The notes under the pieces were generated by a model that saw only the letters and a list, made by a program, of their open reading frames with translations, was not told the DNA's origin and ran no database searches. This document shows positions 56,128 to 62,601 of a stretch of DNA of 62,601 nt, one piece after another. Each line of letters opens with the position of its first letter. Positions within the stretch are counted from its first letter, which is position 1. The DNA is taken from the NCBI GenBank assembly GCA_037387885.1, contig JARRKQ010000061.1:11547-74147 (forward strand), in the 5' to 3' direction. The position numbers and the translations under genes are program-made. The stretch comes from Alphaproteobacteria bacterium. Lineage in GTDB: Bacteria > Pseudomonadota > Alphaproteobacteria > JAPULJ01.

Positions 56128-56992
56128 CAGAGCACCTTCCGCCGCTCGCGCCGGAACATCGGCCGCCACGCGGCGATGCTTTGCGGCCGTTTTGCTGGAT
56201 CGAGCGCGAGCCCCGCATCGACTGCCGCCATGAACTGCGCGTTATGACGGCCGGTGTCGTGATCGGCGGTGGGCAACGACTGCTCCTCCGCCGCTCGATC
56301 GCCCGCGCTCTGCGGCCGAGAGGGCCCGCATCGCCGCGGCCGGCTCCGCTGAGCTCCGGCGCACGGTAGGGGTCGGCGGTCGTCGCCAAAGAACCGACCG
56401 TGCCGGCGGCCGCCGCGCCGAGCTCCGCCAGACAGGCCCGCGCACAGGCGATGCGCGAGGCGCCCATATCGGTCCAGAGCAGCACCCCGTTCGGCAGGAA
56501 GAGGACGGCGTCGAGGGTGATCGCGTGATGCACCGCACCGGCGGCATGGATCGCCTCGAGACCGTCCAGCAGCGGATCGAGGATCTGGTAAAGCTCGCGC
56601 TGGCTGAGCGATCCTTCCGGGCCCATCACCGAGGCGAGCGTGGCTCCCTCGCGCCGCGCGGTCACCCGGTAGGAGGTGCCCTCGTAGCGAATGAGGTCGA
56701 TCGTCGCCAGCACATTGTCGTGGGCGAAGCCGGCGAGCACCTGCGTCTCGCGGCTGAAGCGCTCGCGCTGATCATCGAAGAGATCGTCGCGCTCGTAGTC
56801 CGGCTCGACATACTGGCCGGTGCGGCGCGCGATCCCGCGCGGCAGGAACTCCGCGATGGTCACCGCCAGGCGGTCGCCGGTCCGGTCCGCGGGATAGTAG
56901 AGCGCATAGCCGTCATCCGCGGGCGCGCCGCGAATCTCGTAGCCGCGAAAGGCGAAGCCCACGGGCAGGGTCGCGCGTTCGGTTTCGCTCAT
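56127..56992 (-). pseudogene. Ser/Thr-kinase-fold protein (pseudokinase-like) with a deletion/frameshift at ~56320
   Basis: ERFSRETQVLAGFAHDNV, LLDGLEAIHAAGAVHHAI, WTDMGAS, YRAPE. In another frame the C-terminus FMAAVDAGLALDPAKRPQSIAAW ends at a TGA overlapping the DUF488 ATG. Confidence 0.7.
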
Positions 56993-57087
56993 CGCGCTGA
57001 TGATCGGCGGTCAGCCATCAACCCAGCGTAGAATTCGCGCGCGCCGTTGACAATCCGGATTAACAGCATGGGCGGACTGCGCGAAAC

Positions 57088-58005
57088 CTACGTGGCGGCC
57101 TCGGGCTTGCGTTTCGGCTCTACGACCACCAGGACAACGGCGGAGAGCACCAGGATGAGCGCGGTCATCTCGCGCCAGCCGATCGTCTCACCCAGCACGG
57201 CCGCGCCCGAGAGAAGCCCGAAGGCCGGCACCGCCAGCGTGCTGATCGAGGCGATGCCCGCGGGGAACAGCGCCACGGTGCGGAACCAAACGAGATAGGC
57301 GAGCACCAGGCCGATCACCGTCGTATAGATCGCCGCCCACCAGGCCGTCGCGCTCGCCTGGTGCAGCGTGAAGGGCTCGGTCGTCGCCGCGATGATGACG
57401 ATCGGGATCGAGCCGATGAGCAAGTGCCAGCCGGCGAAGCTCATCGGCGGCACCGCCCATTTGACACGCTTGGTGATCACGGTACCCGCGCCGAACGACA
57501 TCGCCGCCCCGGTGATGCAGATGATGCCGAGCGGCTGGTCCCCGAACTTGCCGAGCGACGGCCACAGCAGGACCAGGATGCCGCTGAGCCCGATCGCGAT
57601 CGCACCCAGCTTGCGGAGCGTCAGCGCCTCGCCGAGGAAGATGCGCGCCAGGATCACCACCCAGAGCGGCGCGGTGTAGCCGAGCAGCGCCGCCTGCCCG
57701 CTCTTCAGCAGCTTCACCCCATAGGCCGCGAGGATCAGCCACCCCGTCACGTTGGTGATCGAGATCGCCAGCAGCGCTCCCCACTGGCGGCGCGGCACCC
57801 TGATCGGCCGGCGGCTTGCGAGCGCGATACCGAGCAGCATGAGCCCGGCCGCGATCGCCGTGACCGCGCGGTACTGCCAGATCGGCATCTCCAGCACCGA
57901 CAGCTTGATTGCCGGCCAGTTCGAGCCCCAGCAGATGGTGATCGCCGGGAACAGCAGAAAACGCGACAGCCCCTGTGCGGTCGGGGGTGCGGCCTGGTCG
58001 GACAT
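57088..58005 (-). CDS. DMT/EamA family transporter
   Basis: About ten TM segments; CWGSNWPAIK, YTAPLWV..LARIFLGE, PAFGLLSGAAVLGE. Confidence 0.9.
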   Translation of the reverse strand: MSDQAAPPTAQGLSRFLLFPAITICWGSNWPAIKLSVLEMPIWQYRAVTAIAAGLMLLGIALASRRPIRVPRRQWGALLAISITNVTGWLILAAYGVKLLKSGQAALLGYTAPLWVVILARIFLGEALTLRKLGAIAIGLSGILVLLWPSLGKFGDQPLGIICITGAAMSFGAGTVITKRVKWAVPPMSFAGWHLLIGSIPIVIIAATTEPFTLHQASATAWWAAIYTTVIGLVLAYLVWFRTVALFPAGIASISTLAVPAFGLLSGAAVLGETIGWREMTALILVLSAVVLVVVEPKRKPEAAT

Positions 58006-58071
58006 GGTCGGTTTTGCTCGGCTTTCCGCCCGCTCGTGAGCTTACGGACTCAAGGGGGCTTGAGAAGGGCG

Positions 58072-58572
58072 TCAGGGCTTGGGCCGCGACTCGATGATCG
58101 GCTGCGCGTATTGCGGCTCGGTGTCCCAGGGGAAGTGGATCCAGGTATCCTGGCTCACCTCGGTGATGAAGCTGTCGACCATCGGCCGGCCCGCGGGCTT
58201 GGCATAGACCGTGGCGAAGTGGGCCTCGGGCAGAAGATCGCGCACCAGCTTCGCGGTGGCGCCGGTGTCGACCAAGTCGTCGACGATCAGCCAGCCCTTG
58301 CCGCCCTTGTCGGTTGCCGGCGATTTCAGGATCTTGGGCTCGCCCTGATCCATGTAGTCGTAGCTCGCCACGCCGACGGTCTCGATGATGCGGATCTCGA
58401 GCTCGCGCGCGACGATCGCCGCCGGCACGAGACCGCCGCGCGTGATCGCGACCACGCCCTCCCAGGGCCCGAGGTCCAGCAGCCGCCAAGCGAGAGCCTT
58501 GGCATCACGGTGGATCTCCTGCCAGGAAACCGGAAAGAATTTGCTGCGCGCCGGCGCGTCGTCGTCGCTCAC
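58072..58572 (-). CDS. gpt: Xanthine(-guanine) phosphoribosyltransferase
   Basis: [28 protein letters not shown] motif [19 protein letters not shown]. Confidence 0.93.
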   Translation of the reverse strand: MSDDDAPARSKFFPVSWQEIHRDAKALAWRLLDLGPWEGVVAITRGGLVPAAIVARELEIRIIETVGVASYDYMDQGEPKILKSPATDKGGKGWLIVDDLVDTGATAKLVRDLLPEAHFATVYAKPAGRPMVDSFITEVSQDTWIHFPWDTEPQYAQPIIESRPKP

Positions 58573-58678
58573 CTGCCTACCTCCCCCACGGACCTGTTGG
58601 CACGGGCCCCGGTATTAAGAGCGAAGCGCCGGTTCAAGGCAATGGCATGGCAGGCATGACGAGGCGAGGGCAAAGGCA

Positions 58679-60172
58679 ATGAAGTTGGATTTCGATAGCT
58701 ATCGCCGCTTCTCGGTCGTCTATCCGCATATGAACGGGCTCGGCGGCGACGGCTTCTGGCTCATTTCGACGCCCGAGGGGCGCCCGCCGCGCGCGATCAC
58801 CGCCGTCGGTGCGGCGGGTCAGGCCGTCGACGAGGCTTACTACCGCGCGCGCGGTGTCGACGTCATCCCGAGCCGCGGGCCGCTCGCGGCGAACACTGTT
58901 GCCGGAACCGTCTCCGGCTGGCAGGAAGCGCTCGCGATCAGCGCCGAATGGGGCGGGCGGATGACCGTCGGCCGTCTGCTCGAGGATGCGATCTGGTACG
59001 CGCAGGAGGGCTTTCCCGTCACCCGCGCCCAGCACCGCTTTACCGTGGAAAAGCGCGACGAGCTCGAGGACGTGCCCGGCTGGGCGGGGCTTTTCCTCAA
59101 CGACGGCTTCGTCCCGGACCCGGGCGACACCTTCAAGCAACCGGCGCTCGCCGCCACGCTGACGCGGCTCACCCAGGTCGGCTTCGATGATTTCTACCGC
59201 GGCACGCTGGCTCATGCGATCGCCGCCGACCTCGCGCGCGCCGGCAGCCCGGTGACCGCCGACGACCTCGCCACCCACCAGGCCCGCGAGACCGAGCCGC
59301 TGTCGGTGAAGCTCAAATCGGGCACCGTCTACAATGTGCGCCCGCCGAGCCAGGGCCTCGCCTCGCTGGTCATCCTCGGCCTTTTCGACCGGCTGGGCGT
59401 GGAGGAGGCCGACGGCTTCGATCACGTCCATGGGCTCGTCGAGGCGACCAAGCTCGCGATCCGCATCCGCAACGCGAATGTGACCGATCCGGTCTATATG
59501 GGCGCCGACCCGGCCGACTTCGTGAACGACGCCAACCTCGATGCGCGCGTGCGCTCGATCAGCATGAAGAAGGCGATCGCCTGGCCCGACGAGGCGGTGC
59601 CGGGCGACACGGTCTGGCTGGGCGCGGTCGACGGAGAAGGCCGCGCCGTCTCCTTCATTCATTCGATCTACTGGGAGTTCGGCTCCGGCGTGGTGCTCGA
59701 GGAGACCGGCATTCAGTGGCAGAACCGCGGCAGCTCGTTCACGCTGTCGGAGGATCAGCACAACTATCTGCGCCCCGGGCGGCTGCCCTTCCACACCAAC
59801 AACCCCGCGCTGGCGCTGCTCAACGACGGACGTGTCATGGTCTATGGGAGCATGGGCGGCGAGGGCCAGCCGCAGAGCCAGTCCGCCGTCTACTCGCGCT
59901 ATGCGTTGTTCGGCCAGGACCTGCAGGTTGCGATCACCGCGCCGCGCTGGGTGCTGGGCCGCACCTGGGGGGCGCCCAAGGTCGAGCTGCGCATCGAGGA
60001 CCGCTTCGACCCCGCCGTCATCAAGGCGCTTCGCAAGGCCGGGCATGCGGTCGACCTGCAGCCGCCGCTGACCGACCTGATGGGCCATGCCGGCGCCATC
60101 GTGCTGCATCCCTCGGGGCTGATGGAGGGTGCGAACGATCCGCGGAGCGACGGCGCCGCGGTTGGGTACTAG
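58679..60172 (+). CDS. ggt: Gamma-glutamyltransferase family protein apparently lacking ~40-50 N-terminal residues
   Basis: VVYPHMNGLGGDGFW, TVAGTVSGW, PPSQG, GDTV (nucleophile Thr), PFHT, GSMGGEGQPQ, DPRSDG; the conserved GGNA..A segment is absent. Confidence 0.8.
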   Translation: MKLDFDSYRRFSVVYPHMNGLGGDGFWLISTPEGRPPRAITAVGAAGQAVDEAYYRARGVDVIPSRGPLAANTVAGTVSGWQEALAISAEWGGRMTVGRLLEDAIWYAQEGFPVTRAQHRFTVEKRDELEDVPGWAGLFLNDGFVPDPGDTFKQPALAATLTRLTQVGFDDFYRGTLAHAIAADLARAGSPVTADDLATHQARETEPLSVKLKSGTVYNVRPPSQGLASLVILGLFDRLGVEEADGFDHVHGLVEATKLAIRIRNANVTDPVYMGADPADFVNDANLDARVRSISMKKAIAWPDEAVPGDTVWLGAVDGEGRAVSFIHSIYWEFGSGVVLEETGIQWQNRGSSFTLSEDQHNYLRPGRLPFHTNNPALALLNDGRVMVYGSMGGEGQPQSQSAVYSRYALFGQDLQVAITAPRWVLGRTWGAPKVELRIEDRFDPAVIKALRKAGHAVDLQPPLTDLMGHAGAIVLHPSGLMEGANDPRSDGAAVGY

Positions 60173-60203
60173 CGCGACCGCACACCGCTAACCCGTTGAT
60201 CCG

Positions 60204-60219
60204 TTAACCATTTTTTAAC
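60204..60219. promoter_or_regulatory. CtrA-type binding site TTAA-N7-TTAAC
   Basis: TTAACCATTTTTTAAC, 76 bp upstream of the lipoprotein start. Confidence 0.62.
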
Positions 60220-60295
60220 CATTCGCTGGCCAGGCCAGCGGCCGATCTCCTAAGATATCGCCATCCAATAAGAACGCTACTCAGGAGGTCGGGTA

Positions 60296-60598
60296 ATGAA
60301 ACTGCGTCACGCAGCGATCATAAAGCTCGCGGGGCTCGCGGGACTCGCGCTCACCCTCGGCGGGTGCGGCATCACCACGCAGACCAGGCAGATCCAGATG
60401 GGCGACAACCAGCCCGCCTACCACGTCACCTGCAACGGCATCTTCAACGACTTCAACGTCTGCAAGGTGAATGCGGGCCGGGCCTGTCCGAACGGCTATG
60501 TCATCCTGCGCTCGGTCGACCAGATCGGCCAGATCCCGTTGACCAAGACCTATTACATCACCGGCATCCGCCGCAGCATGACCGTGCGCTGCCAGTAA
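60296..60598 (+). CDS. Small Cys-containing lipoprotein, function unknown
   Basis: AGGAGG RBS; lipobox LGGC (Cys24); four more Cys (about 46, 56, 64, 99). Confidence 0.85.
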   Translation: MKLRHAAIIKLAGLAGLALTLGGCGITTQTRQIQMGDNQPAYHVTCNGIFNDFNVCKVNAGRACPNGYVILRSVDQIGQIPLTKTYYITGIRRSMTVRCQ

Positions 60599-60720
60599 AA
60601 CGGTATTGCCAGCAAGATTGTAGGACGCTTCTATTCGCCGCGGCCGCCCGCGCGTGACAGCGCGGCGGCCGCGGTGGAGAATGACCGGGCCCGCCGACAC
60701 CCATCGAGGAGCGCGCGCCC

Positions 60721-61530
60721 ATGTCCGCAAATATCGCCGCCGAAAAATTCGTCAGCATTGAAAAAGATGGCCGCGTGGCCGTCGTCCGCTTCGACCGCGG
60801 CGACAAGGCGAACGCCATGTCGTTCGCGGTCATGGACGCGCTGCAAAACGCCGCGCTGGAGTTGGCGCGCGATGCCGAGCTGTCGGCGGTTGTCCTGACC
60901 GGCCAGCCGCGCCGCTTCACCCTCGGCTTCGATCTGCGCGATCCGGAGACGATGGCGGTGGCGCGCGCCGGGCTCGCCGAGCAGCGCCACCGTCTGCGCG
61001 CCGGCCGCGATCTCTGCGAGGCCTGGACGCGGCTCGAGCCGCTGACCATCGCGGCCGTCGAGGGCTGGTGCGTCGGCGGCGGGGTCGCGCTCGCCGCCGC
61101 GCTCGACCTTCGCATCGCCTCGGCCGACGCCAAGTTCTATGCCCCGGAAATCGAGCGCGGCATGAATATGTCCTGGGGCTCGGTGCCGCGCGTGACCACG
61201 CTTGTCGGCCCGTCCCGTGCGAAACGCCTCTTGATCCTGGCCGAGCAGATCGACGCGGCGACCGCGCGCGAGTGGGGCCTCGTCGACGAGATCGTGCCCG
61301 ACGGCGAAACCCTCGCGGCTGCACGCACGATGGCGGCGCGGGTCGCCAAGCTGCCGCCCGTGCCGGTTCGGATGATCAAGCAGGGTATCGAGCGCGCCGC
61401 CCATCCGCTGGCCGAAGCACTCAGCGCGATGGACCGCGACCAGTTCGCGCTCGCGCAACGCTCGGAGGACTACGGCGAGGCGGTCGCCTCGTTCCTGGAA
61501 AAGCGCGATCCCGACTACACGGGGCGTTGA
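60721..61530 (+). CDS. Enoyl-CoA hydratase/isomerase family protein
   Basis: FTLGFDL, IAAVEGWCVGGG, DLRIAS, PEIERG, WGLVDE. Confidence 0.9.
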   Translation: MSANIAAEKFVSIEKDGRVAVVRFDRGDKANAMSFAVMDALQNAALELARDAELSAVVLTGQPRRFTLGFDLRDPETMAVARAGLAEQRHRLRAGRDLCEAWTRLEPLTIAAVEGWCVGGGVALAAALDLRIASADAKFYAPEIERGMNMSWGSVPRVTTLVGPSRAKRLLILAEQIDAATAREWGLVDEIVPDGETLAAARTMAARVAKLPPVPVRMIKQGIERAAHPLAEALSAMDRDQFALAQRSEDYGEAVASFLEKRDPDYTGR

Positions 61531-61550
61531 GGGGAAAGACGCCGCCGGCT

Positions 61551-62601
61551 CTAACGCACGAAGATTCGCACCTCGTCCGACTTTGCGCTCGGGCTGGTCT
61601 CGGTGGTGATGGTCACGCGCTCGGGCGGCACGCCCATATCGGCCATCGCGAAACGGACCTCCTGGGCGCGGGTGAGGGCGCCGGGCTGGCGCGCTTCACT
61701 GGGCGCCACGCCGACCACCTCGAAGGCGAGATCGGGCCGCTGCTTCAAGGCCGCCTGCAGCGCGCGGTACAGCGCATCCTTGTATTTGACGTCGGGCCGG
61801 GTGAAGCGGATGCGCACGAGCGGCCGCGCCGAGCGGCTTCGGCGTGCCTTGGCATCCTTGGCGCCACCCGGACGCAGCGCCTCCTCCAGGCTTCGCGCCT
61901 CGAGCGGCCGCACGCGTGTCGTGGGCTTGCCGGCGTCGCCGGCCACCGCCTCGGCCAGCATATCGAGCCCGTGGCTTTGCTCGCGGGCATAGGCGCTCTG
62001 CTTTGCGATATCGACCTGGATCTCGGCCAGCATGTTGCGCGGGAGGGTATCGGTTTCCTGGATTACCGGCGCCAGTGCCGCAAGCTCGCGCCGCGCGACA
62101 CGGTCGCGCGTGCGCCCCTGGGTCTTGCGCAAGTTCACCTGCAGCCGGCGTGTCTGCGTCGCCGTTCCATTGATCCGTGCGGCAAGCGCGTTGAGCTTCA
62201 GCAGATCGCCGTTGATCCGCCCGAGGCGGCCCCGCGCCTCGCGCAAATTCTTGCGGTAGTCCGCGTTGTCCTCGGGCAGCCGCCGCTCCGTTGCGAGGCC
62301 GAAGCCGGCGACCGCCTTCTTGTATGCCGCATGGTTGAGCCTGATCGAGCGCCGGGTGCGCTGCAGCTCGTCGTCCTGCCGGTAGACCTGCGCGCGCAAA
62401 GCGTCGTTCCGGCGCGCGAACGCCGCGGCGACAGCGGTGGTGGTGGCGGGTTTCTTCTCGGCCGCCTTCGGTTTCTTCCGCGCGCCGGGCAGGCCGCCTA
62501 TCGCTTTGTCTTTACGAAAGCGCGTCCGCCCCAGCGCCGGCGGGGCGACACCGATGGGCCCGCTGGCAAGCTGCGGCGGGATCGTGCCTTTCTCGCCGGG
62601 G
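61551..62601 (-). CDS. Hypothetical protein (coiled coil + compact C-terminal domain); 5' end lies outside the window
   Basis: The frame stays open from 62399 to the edge (PGEKGTIPPQLASG...PPALGRTRF); C-terminus LVRIRFTRPDVKY...MGVPPERV...EVRIFVR. Confidence 0.7.
   Translation of the reverse strand, partial: PGEKGTIPPQLASGPIGVAPPALGRTRFRKDKAIGGLPGARKKPKAAEKKPATTTAVAAAFARRNDALRAQVYRQDDELQRTRRSIRLNHAAYKKAVAGFGLATERRLPEDNADYRKNLREARGRLGRINGDLLKLNALAARINGTATQTRRLQVNLRKTQGRTRDRVARRELAALAPVIQETDTLPRNMLAEIQVDIAKQSAYAREQSHGLDMLAEAVAGDAGKPTTRVRPLEARSLEEALRPGGAKDAKARRSRSARPLVRIRFTRPDVKYKDALYRALQAALKQRPDLAFEVVGVAPSEARQPGALTRAQEVRFAMADMGVPPERVTITTETSPSAKSDEVRIFVR

Overview
62.6 kb of high-GC chromosomal DNA from an alphaproteobacterium, probably Rhodospirillales-like (inferred from gene order such as cycM-kdsB-pheA, ffs-dnaX-ybaB-recR, rmuC-def-fmt-truA-dapE-dapD, argB-engB-yidC-yidD-rnpA-rpmH, and from CtrA-type sites). 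It is mostly housekeeping: about 60 CDS, one SRP RNA and a few REP-like palindromes. I see no transposase, integrase, rRNA, tRNA or CRISPR array. The best candidates for new biology are: (1) an XRE/Cro helix-turn-helix fused in frame to prephenate dehydratase, with a perfect 9-3-9 operator-like palindrome just upstream and a strong internal RBS that could also give HTH-less enzyme; (2) a secreted 82-aa peptide with five (GCGACGAKK) repeats (10 Cys), whose gene is bracketed by a perfect 12-bp inverted repeat and has no modifying enzyme in the window; (3) a pair of unknown paralogous membrane proteins, a two-domain membrane-anchored cytochrome c, an EAL-GGDEF-DUF2336 operon, a pseudokinase-DUF488 pair, and orphan NrdR-like boxes. 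Seven genes carry deletion- or duplication-type lesions (AKR, nudC, DUF4139, SDR/MetE-like junction, argB, kinase-like gene, ggt). These may be assembly artefacts or gene decay, so every fusion claim needs read-level confirmation. Family assignments come from motif recognition by eye; no searches were run.
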